Assembly (NCBI GenBank): GCA_025055115.1
Contig: JANWYJ010000008.1
Span: forward strand, 44,230 to 108,229
Reading direction: 5' to 3'
Origin: Gemmata sp.
Lineage (GTDB): Bacteria > Planctomycetota > Planctomycetia > Gemmatales > Gemmataceae
DNA length: 64,000 nucleotides
The notes beneath the pieces are model-generated. The model saw only the letters and a list, made by a program, of their open reading frames with translations. It searched no databases and was not told where the DNA came from. This document shows positions 39,926 to 50,229 of this stretch, piece after piece (positions within the stretch are counted from its first letter, which is position 1; each line of letters opens with the position of its first letter). Position numbers and translations under genes: made by a program.

Positions 39926-42900
39926 TTACGCTGCTTGCGCGGGTGGGGCCGATTCTTCGTCTGGCCAATCCTCGAAGCGCATGGGCAGCAGCCGGCTGAT
40001 GCCACTTTCTTGCATGGTGACGCCCCAGAGTCGATCGGCGGCCGCCATTGTTCGTTTTTTGTGTGTGACCACGATGAATTGACTACGATCGAGAAACTCG
40101 CGGAGCACGCCGGCGAGTCGCTGCGTGTTGGCTTCGTCGAGGGCGGCATCCACTTCATCGAGAATGCAAAACGGCGACGGTTTGTTACGAAAGATGGCCA
40201 GCAGCAATGCGACCGCGGTGAGAGTTTTTTCGCCGCCGGAGAGTAACGACAGCGAGCGCAGTTCTTTGCCTGGGGGGCGGGCGGTGATTTCGATTCCACA
40301 TTCGAGAACGTCGTTTTCGTCTTCGAGCAAGATGTCGGCTTGGCCGCCACCGAAGAGTTTGCGGAACAATTCTTGAAAGTAACCACGAATGGCCGTGAGT
40401 GTGTCGAGGAAGAGTTTGCGGCTATCCGCGTTGATGGTGTCGATGACTTGTTGCAGGGATTGGCGGGCGGCGTGGAGGTCATCGTGTTGGGCCTGCAGGG
40501 CGGTGAATTCGCCTTCGACGCGTGTCAGTTCGTCGAGGGCTTCCATATTCACACTGCCCAGGCGTGTCAATTTCCGCTTCAATTCGTCGATTTCTTCCAA
40601 CGGATGGCGGAGGGGGTCGCTGGCCACTGGGGTTGCGGTGGTGGCGGCCAGTTCGCTCAATTCGAGGGCGTAGTCGTCGCGGATGCGGGCCGCGAGGGCT
40701 TCCCGGCGTGCCGTCAGATCGTGAACGGCCAATTCACGGCTATGCGCGGCGGCTTGTTTGTCGTGCCAGCCGTGGCGCAGCTGTTGCAGCCGATCGCGGA
40801 GCTGTTCGCGTTGCTGCCGGTGGTGCGTGGTTTGCTGAGCGATTTCGGCAATGGTGCGCTCGCGATTCTCCTTGTCCCGATAGGCTTCCGCTTGGGCGGC
40901 ACTGGCGCGGAGGGCGGCCAGAATGTGGTTGTCGCGCCGATCACGCAGTTCCGCGGCGACAGCCGATAGGTTCACCCCTTCGATTTTGCGTTTGCGCAAC
41001 TCGGCATCGATTTGCGTGACGCGCTCGCGGGCGCGGTCGCGCTCGGCGATGGCCCGGCTGAGGGCCACTTGTGCGGCGGTGTGTTCGGCTTGGCGCTGTT
41101 CGCGTTGGGCCACGCACTCGGCGAGAAGCTGTTTCAATTCCGCCAGGCGGGCGTTCAACATGGTGGCGGCGGCCTCGGCCTCTTCCGCGGCCAGCCGTGC
41201 CGTTACCCAGGCGGCTTCCCCTTCTTGGACTTGCCGTTCCAGCAGGCGAATTTCTTGATCGAGCAGTTCAATTTCGCCATCCAACGATTCGACCGCTTGC
41301 CGCTGCCGGGCAATTCGTTGCAGTAGGTCTCCGGCTTCGTCGGAAAGCAGTGTGATTTCGGCGGTGATGGCGGCGATAACGCCATCCGCGCTATTGACCT
41401 GGCGCCGGAACTCGGCCAGCTCCAGCTCGGCATGAACGACGGCTTCCGAAGTAAGCCGATGCTGCTCCCGGAGTTCGCGAAGTTCACTTTTTCGGGAAAC
41501 CAAGCCGGTTTCGCTCTTGAACGGCCCGACCGTCAATGAGCCGTCGGGTTCGAGCAATTCGCCACTGCGGGTCACAATCCGACATTGTGGATAACGGGCA
41601 GCCAATTGCCGCGCGTCGGCGAGTGTATCCGCCAACAAGACGCGCCCCAGCAGTTGTCGGGGTAATTGCGCGGCATCAGGATGATCGCAGGTGACGAAAA
41701 GATGTAAGGTCTGTCCAGAATCTGGACAGATGGGCAGATGTTCGCTCGGCAGAAGCGGCAGGAAGCCGACGCGGCCTGCGATTTCTCCGATGGAGGTCGC
41801 CACCGCATCGACCAATTCCGGGCCACGGACGACGAACCGTTGGGCTGTTTCACCCAACGCCAGTTCGACCAGCGGCGCCAATTCCCGTGGCACGGTGAGC
41901 AAATCAGCGACCAGGCCGAGGATGGCAGAATCCGCTTGGGTCGCTGCGTTTTGGTGACGGCGGAGTACCGCGGCCACCCCTGCGCCGAGGCCATCAAGAG
42001 AACGTTCCAGGTTTTCGAGAATGTCGAGACGGCCGCGCAGGTCGCTTTGCCGCAAGCGGAGTTGCTCCAGTCGGGTTTGGGTGGTGCAAAGACCCTCGGT
42101 GAGTGTTTCGCGTTGGGTTTGCAGCTGCTGGAGTTGTTCGCGAGCGGCAGCTAACCGGGCTTGAACGTTGGCATCGGCCTGCGACAGCCCATCGAGGGCG
42201 TGCGCCAGCGCGGCCCGGTTGGCCGACCGTTGCTCGCGGAGCTGCCGCTTGTGGGTGTATTCCTGCTGCAGACGTTGCACTTGGGCGAGGGTGGCATTGG
42301 CTTCGGCCCGGCTGGAGCCGGCTTGGCGGACCAGTTCAAACTGTTGGGCGGCCCCGTCGGTCTGTTCGCGGTCGAGTTCCGCCAGTTGCGTGATGATAGC
42401 ACTGAGGGCGGCGGAGGCCGCATCGGCCTGTTGCTGTTCGGCGACGACGGCGGCTTCGGCGGCCTCGGCTTGGGCCGCGGCACGACGCGCTTCGGCCTCG
42501 ATCGCCTGAATCCGGTAGCCCAGCTCGGTCTGCTGGTGACCGACCTTGAGCAGTTCGGCCTCGACAGCAGCGGCTTGGGCCCGTTCATGCTTGAAGGTGG
42601 TCTCGAAAGTGGCAATGTGCTGCCGGGCCAGGGCCAGTTGTGACTCGTGATGCCGCAGGGTTTCTTCGCCGCGCGTGACGGCCCAATCGAGTTCCTTGGC
42701 GTGCCGTTCGAGTTGTTCGGTTTCAGCACTTGTTGCGGCCACTTCGGCTTGAAGCGCTGCGAAAGCCTCTTGCTCCCGTGTCAGCGCGGTGGTCAGTTCG
42801 CGGTATTCTTGCACGCTCAGACCAACGCGCAATTCGCGCAACCGCTCGGAGTATTCCTTGTGCTTTTGGGCTTTGGCCGCCTGCATGCGCAGGGTACGGA

Positions 42901-43501
42901 GTTGGGCATCGAGCGCGTGGAGTTTATCTTGCGAGCGCGTGAGATTGACTTCAACCGCAGCCAGTTTGCGGAGCGTTTCTGTTTTCTTTGCTTTGAAACG
43001 GCTGATACCCGCCGCTTCGTCGAAAATTTCGCGGCGATCGCGAGGCGATGCTTGCAGCAATTCCTCGACCCGGCCTTGGGCGATGATGGTGTAGCCGCCG
43101 GCCCCTGCGCCGCTGCCCAGAAATATCTCTTTGAAGTCTTTGAGCCGGGCCATTTGGCCGTTGATGAGGTATTCGCCGGTCCCGTCGCGGTAGACCCGCC
43201 GCGTCAGTTGCACTTCGTCGGCATCAACGGCCAACAGCCGGCGCGAGTTGTCGAAGGTGACCGAAACTTCGGCCATCCCCAAACTTTTGCGCGACGATGA
43301 ACCGTTGAAGATGACGTCGGCCATTTCCCCGCCGCGAAGGCTTTTGGCCGATTGTTCGCCCAAAATCCAGCGCACGGCGTCGACCACGTTGCTTTTGCCA
43401 GAACCGTTCGGTCCGACAATCGCGGTAATACCCGGCGCGAAGTCGAAGCAGGTTTTATCGGCGAACGATTTGAAACCCACCAGTTCGAGTCGCTTGAGCA
43501 T
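39926..43501 (-). CDS. smc: Chromosome segregation protein SMC
   Basis: 1191 aa with N-terminal Walker A GPNGSGKSN, long coiled coils and a hinge. The C-terminus has LSGGEKTLTAVALLLA and Walker B CILDEVDAALD. Confidence 0.96.
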   Translation of the reverse strand: MLKRLELVGFKSFADKTCFDFAPGITAIVGPNGSGKSNVVDAVRWILGEQSAKSLRGGEMADVIFNGSSSRKSLGMAEVSVTFDNSRRLLAVDADEVQLTRRVYRDGTGEYLINGQMARLKDFKEIFLGSGAGAGGYTIIAQGRVEELLQASPRDRREIFDEAAGISRFKAKKTETLRKLAAVEVNLTRSQDKLHALDAQLRTLRMQAAKAQKHKEYSERLRELRVGLSVQEYRELTTALTREQEAFAALQAEVAATSAETEQLERHAKELDWAVTRGEETLRHHESQLALARQHIATFETTFKHERAQAAAVEAELLKVGHQQTELGYRIQAIEAEARRAAAQAEAAEAAVVAEQQQADAASAALSAIITQLAELDREQTDGAAQQFELVRQAGSSRAEANATLAQVQRLQQEYTHKRQLREQRSANRAALAHALDGLSQADANVQARLAAAREQLQQLQTQRETLTEGLCTTQTRLEQLRLRQSDLRGRLDILENLERSLDGLGAGVAAVLRRHQNAATQADSAILGLVADLLTVPRELAPLVELALGETAQRFVVRGPELVDAVATSIGEIAGRVGFLPLLPSEHLPICPDSGQTLHLFVTCDHPDAAQLPRQLLGRVLLADTLADARQLAARYPQCRIVTRSGELLEPDGSLTVGPFKSETGLVSRKSELRELREQHRLTSEAVVHAELELAEFRRQVNSADGVIAAITAEITLLSDEAGDLLQRIARQRQAVESLDGEIELLDQEIRLLERQVQEGEAAWVTARLAAEEAEAAATMLNARLAELKQLLAECVAQREQRQAEHTAAQVALSRAIAERDRARERVTQIDAELRKRKIEGVNLSAVAAELRDRRDNHILAALRASAAQAEAYRDKENRERTIAEIAQQTTHHRQQREQLRDRLQQLRHGWHDKQAAAHSRELAVHDLTARREALAARIRDDYALELSELAATTATPVASDPLRHPLEEIDELKRKLTRLGSVNMEALDELTRVEGEFTALQAQHDDLHAARQSLQQVIDTINADSRKLFLDTLTAIRGYFQELFRKLFGGGQADILLEDENDVLECGIEITARPPGKELRSLSLLSGGEKTLTAVALLLAIFRNKPSPFCILDEVDAALDEANTQRLAGVLREFLDRSQFIVVTHKKRTMAAADRLWGVTMQESGISRLLPMRFEDWPDEESAPPAQAA

Positions 43502-43566
43502 AGCCGGCCCACCCCGAAAAGTCGCTAGCCCTGCAGGCGTAGGAAGTTCTTCGCTGCAAGCCAGAG

Positions 43567-45567
43567 CTATTGACCGCCGGCGGGAACCACGGCCGGATCC
43601 AGGATCGGGGTATCGGGCGTCCGTCGGGGGCCAAACAGCCGGCCCGGATCGCGGTTGAGCGGCGGCCGCACAATCGGGGCACCGACCGGGGTGATGGGTT
43701 CTTCGGCGGCGCTGGGCACTTCAAAGCCATTGGCATCCACCGCGGGTCGCACCTGACCCACTTTCGCCACCTCGCGATTCGCCTTGGCCAACGTGGTGTC
43801 GGTTTTGGCATACTGCGCCAACTGCTGAATACTCAGTTCGCGCGGAATCGCATCAACCACCAATTCACCTTGGAGCAACTCGGCGCGGTGAGCGCGACGA
43901 ACCAGTTCGATCGCCTCGCTGTAGCTGCCACCGAGGTTGGCCATCGCTCCTAAAATCCCCACCAATGTGGGAGCGCAGCGGACTTCGCGAACTTCGGCAT
44001 CGTCGCGGCCTTTGACGATGCGTGTCACTTTGGCATGTTTTTCGCCGCTGGGCCACGACACGGTGAACTCAGTACCCACGGCGAAGGGTTGAACCGGTCC
44101 GCGCAGCTTCACGCCATCGCCGAAAACGAGAATTTCACTGCGGCCCGAAGTACTCAGATGAACGGCCGGTGCGGCATCAGGGGCCAGGCGATGTAGCCAA
44201 TAGGAGCGGTTCATGAGTGTGGCCCCGAGTGCCGGATGGCGTTCATCGGCCAGACGTAAGGCGATGAAGGCGCCTTGACGCAGTTCCGGATCGGAACTGG
44301 AGAGCATTTCCACCAAGCGATCCGTGCTGATGGCGTCGTCGATGGTGGCGAGGGCTTTAAGGCATTGAACGCGCAAGGCCGGGTGATCTTCGGCCAGTCG
44401 GGCCAGTTCGGCAGCGCCGTCGTTTTGCCCCAGGTAGGCCAGCGCTTCCGCGGCGGCAAAGCGCACCCACGGCGAAGGGCTTTCCAGGCCGATGCGTAAG
44501 CTGTCGCGGCAATCCCCACCCAGGGCTTCGAGCTTGACGGCGGCTGTCAGGGTGGTGGCCGGGTCCATCAGCTCTTCTTCCAACTTCTGCCGGTAGGGGC
44601 TATCGGGGCGAACCGGGTTGTACGGTACCTGCCGGGCCACCAACAAGAAGCGGTAATGATTGTGGCGGTACAGCAACGGGACATGGAGCAGAATCAGTTC
44701 CGGCGTTTTCGCTTCGGCGATCTTCAGATGGGGTTCGTGCGTGGTGTGGAAAACACTGTTGATACGCGCGGCGATACTGGCTGCGACACGGGAATTTTGT
44801 TCGTTTTGATGGAGCAAAAGGTGATAGGGCCGGGTTTGCAGCACAGTCCCTCCCCCGGCAATGAAACCCGCGCGAAACGCCAATTTGCCATCGTTATCGA
44901 CCGGTGCGGCCGTGGTGGAACCGCTTTCGGACACGAAGTTGCCCGCAACCAACGGCCCACGGGCTTCGGCCCACACATCGCCTCGCAACAACCGCCCGCT
45001 GGGTTCCGCCGGAGTTCCCTCACGCAGCAGGGAACGCACATTGCCTGTCGTATCCGCGGTGAACAGTTCGCAGGGAAACAAGACCCCGCCCTGCAGACTG
45101 GTCGTCTTGCTGCCATCCGGTAGAGTCACTTGCACATCAATCGCATCGCCTTTGCGGACACCCGGAGGTACCAGCGCCGACACCAGAACCAGCGACGTGG
45201 TTCGCTCCGGATTATCCAAAAGTTCCTTGATGTTGATCGGCTGGTCGCGTTTCATCTTCTTGAGATTTTGTTCCAGCATGGCCCGCCAGCCATCGGGTTG
45301 GGGGCTACTGCCAGTGCCCGGCAACATGTAAACCAAACCGACACCGCTGACGATGAGCGGTTCGGTATTGGAAACCACGGTTTTGGCCCCAATGGTGACA
45401 ACCCCATCGGCCTCGGCCGGGTCTTCGCCAATTTGCGAGCGTGATTGCAATAGGACGTTGTCCGGAGTGCTTTTGCACCCGGTCCAACCCGCGACGCCCA
45501 CTGCGGCCGACCACGCCAGCAGTTGACGCCGACTCACCCCCGCCGCGAGTTTCCACGCCCGGTTCAT
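43567..45567 (-). CDS. FlgI (flagellar P-ring)-like domain fused to HEAT repeats, with a Tat-like signal
   Basis: Start at ATG 45567 with SRRQLLAWSAAVGVAGWTGC. FlgI-like segments are IVSGVGLVYMLPGTGSS and LVLVSALVPPGVRKGDAIDVQVTLPDGSKTTSLQGGVLF. HEAT repeats are PWVRFAAAEALAYLG...DPELRQGAFIALR. Confidence 0.7.
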   Translation of the reverse strand: MNRAWKLAAGVSRRQLLAWSAAVGVAGWTGCKSTPDNVLLQSRSQIGEDPAEADGVVTIGAKTVVSNTEPLIVSGVGLVYMLPGTGSSPQPDGWRAMLEQNLKKMKRDQPINIKELLDNPERTTSLVLVSALVPPGVRKGDAIDVQVTLPDGSKTTSLQGGVLFPCELFTADTTGNVRSLLREGTPAEPSGRLLRGDVWAEARGPLVAGNFVSESGSTTAAPVDNDGKLAFRAGFIAGGGTVLQTRPYHLLLHQNEQNSRVAASIAARINSVFHTTHEPHLKIAEAKTPELILLHVPLLYRHNHYRFLLVARQVPYNPVRPDSPYRQKLEEELMDPATTLTAAVKLEALGGDCRDSLRIGLESPSPWVRFAAAEALAYLGQNDGAAELARLAEDHPALRVQCLKALATIDDAISTDRLVEMLSSSDPELRQGAFIALRLADERHPALGATLMNRSYWLHRLAPDAAPAVHLSTSGRSEILVFGDGVKLRGPVQPFAVGTEFTVSWPSGEKHAKVTRIVKGRDDAEVREVRCAPTLVGILGAMANLGGSYSEAIELVRRAHRAELLQGELVVDAIPRELSIQQLAQYAKTDTTLAKANREVAKVGQVRPAVDANGFEVPSAAEEPITPVGAPIVRPPLNRDPGRLFGPRRTPDTPILDPAVVPAGGQ

Positions 45568-45975
45568 ACGTTCATCCTTGAACTGTTGGCAGAATCCCGG
45601 TTCCCCCGAACCGGTTGTCGTGTCCCGTGTTGGCTTTACACCCGAAGGGCGGCCTGATACCCAATCGCCCGTTCGCGTCAAGATCAAGCGGAGGAGAACC
45701 AAAGAAAAACAACTCCCAAGACGATGCCAGGAACTGAATTCCGGACAGCCAGGGAAACAAGGAAACCACCGACAACCAGGGACACGGGGGAGACGCGCGG
45801 AACTACTCCGGATGTGTCAACTCCGGGCGAAAGGACGCAGACGGCGATTTCGGCAACGGTAATCCGATGTCTGCTGTTGGCCAGTGAAGATCGCGTGCTG
45901 AAGATCGTGTGCTAATCGGGGAAAGAGAGTGGTGAAAATGGGATGAGTATTCGTATGTTCAATATCGACCGGCAT

Positions 45976-46008
45976 TTCGGCGCGACATTCCACTTCGGCG
46001 CGACATTC
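45976..46008. repeat. 15-bp motif ttcggcgcgacattc x2 (period 18)
   Basis: Copies at 45976-45990 and 45994-46008. A second small tandem, tgaagatcg[c/t]gtgc x2, lies near 45886-45914. Confidence 0.85.
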
Positions 46009-46133
46009 TGACAAGCGCCGACGTTCCACGAGGAACTTTTCAACACAAGCCGACATCCGCACCGCGTAGACCTCGCAGCCGCTGGCCAGGCGTCTGCGCA
46101 AGACAAGGGGAACAAGCCGGCACCTTGGGGCCG

Positions 46134-46157
46134 GAGCCGCCCCCCTCCGGGCGGCTC
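46134..46157 (-). terminator. 9-bp GC stem hairpin about 50 nt downstream of cysK
   Basis: GAGCCGCCC-ccctcc-GGGCGGCTC. No U-tract follows, so an intrinsic terminator role is uncertain. Confidence 0.35.
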
Positions 46158-46204
46158 GCAGGCAACGGCCGAACGGCGATGAGCGGTCCACTCCACAGGC
46201 TTTC

Positions 46205-47197
46205 TCAATCCTGGGGGTACAACGCCGTGCTGAGATAACGTTCACCAAGGTCGGGCAGCACCACGACGATCACTTTGCCCGCGTTTTCTGGCCGCTGCGC
46301 GACTTTCACCGCGGCGGTCGCGGCGGCGCCGCAAGAGATGCCACAGAGCATGCCTTCCTCTTTGGCCAAGCGGCGACCCATTTCGAAGGCCTCGTCGTCG
46401 GTCACTTGGATGATTTCGTCGATGACCGCCGTATTCAGCACATCGGGGATAAAACCGGCTCCGATACCTTGAATCTTGTGCGGTCCCAGTGGTTTCACCT
46501 GGTTCCGGGGAATCCCTTGGACGAGGTGCTGCGTGAGCACCGGGCTTTGCGTGGGTTCAACCGCGATGCATTTGACGCTGGGTTTGCGGCTTTTCAGCAC
46601 TTCGCCACAGCCGGTGATTGTGCCGCCGGTGCCCACGCCACACACAAGGATGTCGATTTCCCCTTTGGTCGCGCGCCAGATTTCTTCGGCTGTTGTCTTC
46701 CGGTGGATCTCCGGATTGGCCGGATTTTTGAACTGCTGCGGCATGAAGGCTTTGGGTTCACCGCCCAATTCTTGGAAAATTTTCGTGGCTTCGGCCACCG
46801 CGCCGCTCATGCCCAATTCGCGGGGCGTCAGAATCAGCCGCACACCAAAGGCTTTCAGAAGCCGTTGTCGCTCCAGCGACATACTTTCGGGCATGGTCAC
46901 GGTGAGTTTGTAGCCGCGGGCAGCACAGGTGAACGCCAGACCAATACCGGTGTTACCGCTGGTGGGTTCGACGATCATCGTTTCGGGCGTGATTTTCCCC
47001 GCTTTTTCCGCGGCGTTGATCATCGCCACTCCGATGCGATCTTTCACCGACCACAGCGGGTTGAAGTTCTCCAGTTTGCCCAAAACAGTGGCCTTGGCAT
47101 TGCCCACCACACGGCGCAGCCGGATCAGCGGTGTGTAGCCAATCGTTTGGGTAATGTCGTCATAAATGTGGCCACGAAAGCCATTGTCGGTTTGCAT
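46205..47197 (-). CDS. cysK: Cysteine synthase A (O-acetylserine sulfhydrylase)
   Basis: 330 aa with the PLP-lysine motif NPLWSVKDR, plus [10 protein letters not shown] and GTGGTITG. Confidence 0.95.
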   Translation of the reverse strand: MQTDNGFRGHIYDDITQTIGYTPLIRLRRVVGNAKATVLGKLENFNPLWSVKDRIGVAMINAAEKAGKITPETMIVEPTSGNTGIGLAFTCAARGYKLTVTMPESMSLERQRLLKAFGVRLILTPRELGMSGAVAEATKIFQELGGEPKAFMPQQFKNPANPEIHRKTTAEEIWRATKGEIDILVCGVGTGGTITGCGEVLKSRKPSVKCIAVEPTQSPVLTQHLVQGIPRNQVKPLGPHKIQGIGAGFIPDVLNTAVIDEIIQVTDDEAFEMGRRLAKEEGMLCGISCGAAATAAVKVAQRPENAGKVIVVVLPDLGERYLSTALYPQD

Positions 47198-47311
47198 AGT
47201 TCAGGGTCCTTCGGTCGATACCGGGGCATCGCGCGGATCGAATGTCGTTATCGGCAGTCTAAGCCGGGCTTGCAGAGCGGACAAGCCGCTGCTGTCAGAC
47301 GCGGCCTTATG

Positions 47312-48586
47312 CTACCGGCTGTCCGTAGCCGGTAACAGCCCAACCCAGACCACGCCAGCTAACACGGCAACACCCAACGGTCGGTGGAAATCGAAGCCCA
47401 ACGGTGCCAGAACCTGAATGGGAAGTGCCTGGAAACCGAGTACCAGCGCCGCCACTGTGCCCCACCCCCCCCAACCAGCCGCGAACAGATCGCGTATCCA
47501 CGGCACGGTGAGCACCAACACCAAGGCTTCGTACCCCAACACCTGCGGGCATCCCACCGACCCCACGACCCCCGCCGCCAACACCCACGTTGCGGCAGGC
47601 TTCACCCCCCCAAGCGCGCAGCGGACCAATACCACGCCTAACCACACCCCGTAGGCAGCCAGAGTGATGGTGGCCGTTTGTTCAATCACCACGGGCTGAG
47701 CCATCAGCCGATCCGTTGTCACGAACAACAACCGGTTCCAACTGGTGATCTCATAATTCCGCGCCGCCTGGTTGAAGGCCACCGCGTGGTGGCTGTCGCG
47801 GAGGAAGTTGAGATAGTCGCGGACAAATCTTGGGGAATCACTGACGAGCCAACTACCCAGAAGATTGAACGCCACCACCACGCCCACCAGAGCCGCCGCC
47901 CGCTTCCAACCGCCCACAAACCAAGCCACCGCAATCAACGGCAAGGCGACATGCGGCTTGATGAATGGCACCGACCACAGCAGGATACCCGGCCAAAAGC
48001 CCCATCGTGTGGACCGCGACCAACACCACAACCCCGCGGCGATACACCCGGTCGTCAGTAGCGTCGTTTGCCCAACCATCGCGACGCCGAGGGTCAGAAA
48101 ATTCACAAGCAAAAAAAACGGCAGCCATCGGCCTATCGGCGCTGGCTGGCCCACAAGGGAAGCGGCCAGCCACAGTCGCGGTACTCGTGCGATTGCCAAG
48201 GCAGCGGCTCCCTGCAGCAAAGCCCAGGCGATCTTGGCGACCCCCCAGGGTAGGACGGCGAACGGGGCAAAGACGATCAGCGCTTGTGGAGGCAGAAAGT
48301 AACCACAGTTGTTGACGAAGCTATCCGCGGTCGGCTCGGGGTCGGGGAATTGCTGCGCGACGTGGCGGCGGATCGTGGCTAAATCGTAGGGCGATTGTCC
48401 CCGCAGAGCCAATTCGGACCCGAGTCGGTAGATGTAAAAATCCGGCAACAGGTGCGGCGCGACGGCGAAGCCCAAGGCGATGAGGGTGAATACCGCCGCG
48501 GCCGTGAATTCTGCACACCCGACCGACCACCGCACGCTCGAAACCATCCACGCCCCCGGCACCACCTGTGGCGGTGTATCAGACAC
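47312..48586 (-). CDS. Polytopic membrane glycosyltransferase, GT87/DUF2029-like
   Basis: 424 aa with more than 9 TM segments. The N-terminal loop PYDLATIRRHV...NNCGYFLPPQALIVFAPF resembles GT87 mannosyltransferases. The GTG start overlaps the E2 stop by 8 nt, so the start is uncertain. Confidence 0.65.
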   Translation of the reverse strand: MSDTPPQVVPGAWMVSSVRWSVGCAEFTAAAVFTLIALGFAVAPHLLPDFYIYRLGSELALRGQSPYDLATIRRHVAQQFPDPEPTADSFVNNCGYFLPPQALIVFAPFAVLPWGVAKIAWALLQGAAALAIARVPRLWLAASLVGQPAPIGRWLPFFLLVNFLTLGVAMVGQTTLLTTGCIAAGLWCWSRSTRWGFWPGILLWSVPFIKPHVALPLIAVAWFVGGWKRAAALVGVVVAFNLLGSWLVSDSPRFVRDYLNFLRDSHHAVAFNQAARNYEITSWNRLLFVTTDRLMAQPVVIEQTATITLAAYGVWLGVVLVRCALGGVKPAATWVLAAGVVGSVGCPQVLGYEALVLVLTVPWIRDLFAAGWGGWGTVAALVLGFQALPIQVLAPLGFDFHRPLGVAVLAGVVWVGLLPATDSR

Positions 48587-49988
48587 CGGTTTTCTCGGGT
48601 AATAGCAACAGGGCCGGAGCTTGCAGATACCGCATCACCACGTTGCCGAACGCGGCCCCGATCGCCCCATCCACCACCCGATGATCAAACGAAAACGACA
48701 AATACACAATGTCGGTAGGCTTCAAATTCCCGTGCGCGTCGTACATTGGCCGCTTCACCACCTTCCCCACACCCATAATCCCCACTTCCGGATGATTGAT
48801 AATCGGAGTGGACATCAAACCGCCAATGCCTCCCACCGATGTCACCGTGAAAGTGCTACCGCGGAGGTCGTCGATTTTGCTTTTGCCGCTTTTGGCGTCA
48901 TTGCTGAGCCGTTCGATATCCGCAGCAATCGTGACCAGGTCTTTCTTGTTGGCGTCTTTGACGACGGGCACCATCAGCCCCTGCGGCGCAGCCACGGCGA
49001 TCCCGATATGGTATTTGTCGTGCAGGATGACTTCGCCAGCGGTTTCGTCGAAGGTGCTGTTGACGATGGGCACTTCTTGGAGCGCGCGAGCCACGGCTTT
49101 CACGAAGAACGCCAAATACGTCAGCTTCACGCCGACTTGGGCCAGCGGTTCGCGGAGTTGGTTGCGCAGCCGGACGACATCACTCAGATCGCATTCATCG
49201 ATGTACGAATAGTGGGGAATGTGTCGTTTCGACTCGACCATATGCTCGGCGATCTTGCGGCGCATGCCGATGAGTTTCATCCGGGTGCCAGCGATGCCGA
49301 AGTCGAGCTGGGAGGTGTCGGTTCCGCGGGACGCCGAGGGCGGCGGAGGGGAGGGAGCGGTTTGGGGAACCAGAAAGGGGGTGAGGTCGTCGAGCAGGAT
49401 GCGGCCATGCGGCCCGCTACCGCGAATCCGCGACAGATCAACGCCCAATTTCCGCGCCAAGGCCCGCACCGATGGCGCCGCTGGGGGCAAGGTGGCGGAC
49501 GTAGCCGCTGCCGCCGCGGCGGGAACAGTAGCCGCGACCGAACCGGCCGCCGGTGAATGCCCGTTGGTCGGCGTTCCAGCCCGGCTGGGGGGGGCCGTGA
49601 GTGTGGCCGTGGCTGAAGGTAGTGTGGCCGTGGTTGAAGGTGACGTTATCGGAGGGTGTTCGCGGCTGCCGGCGATGCCCGCCGCGGGAGCAGCTGGGAC
49701 CGTGGCTGAGGTGCTGGTCGCTTCTGTCGTGGCGGTTGAGCCTTCGGCTGCCGCGGTCACTGGCTGGTAACTGAGAATCCGCTGCCCCACACGGACTTTC
49801 GTTCCCGGCGTGGCCCATAGTTCCGTGATGGTGCCGTGAAAAGGCGCGGGCACTTCCATATTGGCTTTGTCGGACATCACGTCCGCCAGCACCTGCCCCG
49901 GGACGACGGCATCGCCCGGCCGAACCTGCCAACGCACCAGCTCCACTTCCAGCAATCCTTCACCAACCGGAGGAAGAGAAAAATCCAT
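48579..49988 (-). CDS. 2-oxoacid dehydrogenase E2 (dihydrolipoamide acyltransferase)
   Basis: Lipoyl domain (LADVMSDKANMEV), Ala/Pro/Thr linkers, a subunit-binding domain (PSVRALARKLGVDL) and catalytic SFDHRVVDG. Confidence 0.92.
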   Translation of the reverse strand: MDFSLPPVGEGLLEVELVRWQVRPGDAVVPGQVLADVMSDKANMEVPAPFHGTITELWATPGTKVRVGQRILSYQPVTAAAEGSTATTEATSTSATVPAAPAAGIAGSREHPPITSPSTTATLPSATATLTAPPSRAGTPTNGHSPAAGSVAATVPAAAAAATSATLPPAAPSVRALARKLGVDLSRIRGSGPHGRILLDDLTPFLVPQTAPSPPPPSASRGTDTSQLDFGIAGTRMKLIGMRRKIAEHMVESKRHIPHYSYIDECDLSDVVRLRNQLREPLAQVGVKLTYLAFFVKAVARALQEVPIVNSTFDETAGEVILHDKYHIGIAVAAPQGLMVPVVKDANKKDLVTIAADIERLSNDAKSGKSKIDDLRGSTFTVTSVGGIGGLMSTPIINHPEVGIMGVGKVVKRPMYDAHGNLKPTDIVYLSFSFDHRVVDGAIGAAFGNVVMRYLQAPALLLLPEKTGV

Positions 49989-50035
49989 AGACGCACCGGG
50001 GGGTTGTGGTCGTGTTGTTGTACGGGGGACCGTGT

Positions 50036-50152
50036 CTGTGCGAGGTTCGATCGTGGTTCGTGGCCCCCCCGAATATCGCGCTAACCCTTTTCGCCCATCA
50101 TCACATGTCTGTCATCATCACATGTCTGTTCTGTGCGGAGGTTCGATCGTGG
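50036..50152. repeat. Local repeats in the E1beta-E2 spacer
   Basis: ctgtgcg(g)aggttcgatcgtgg occurs at 50036 and 50131 (period 95). catcatcacatgtctgt x2 lies at 50096-50129 (period 17). Confidence 0.9.
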
Positions 50153-50229
50153 CTCCTCCGGCGAGGGATGGGCTAGCCCGAGCGGGAGTATGGCTGGCGG
50201 CAACCCCAATGGTACTTGTGGGGCTGTTT

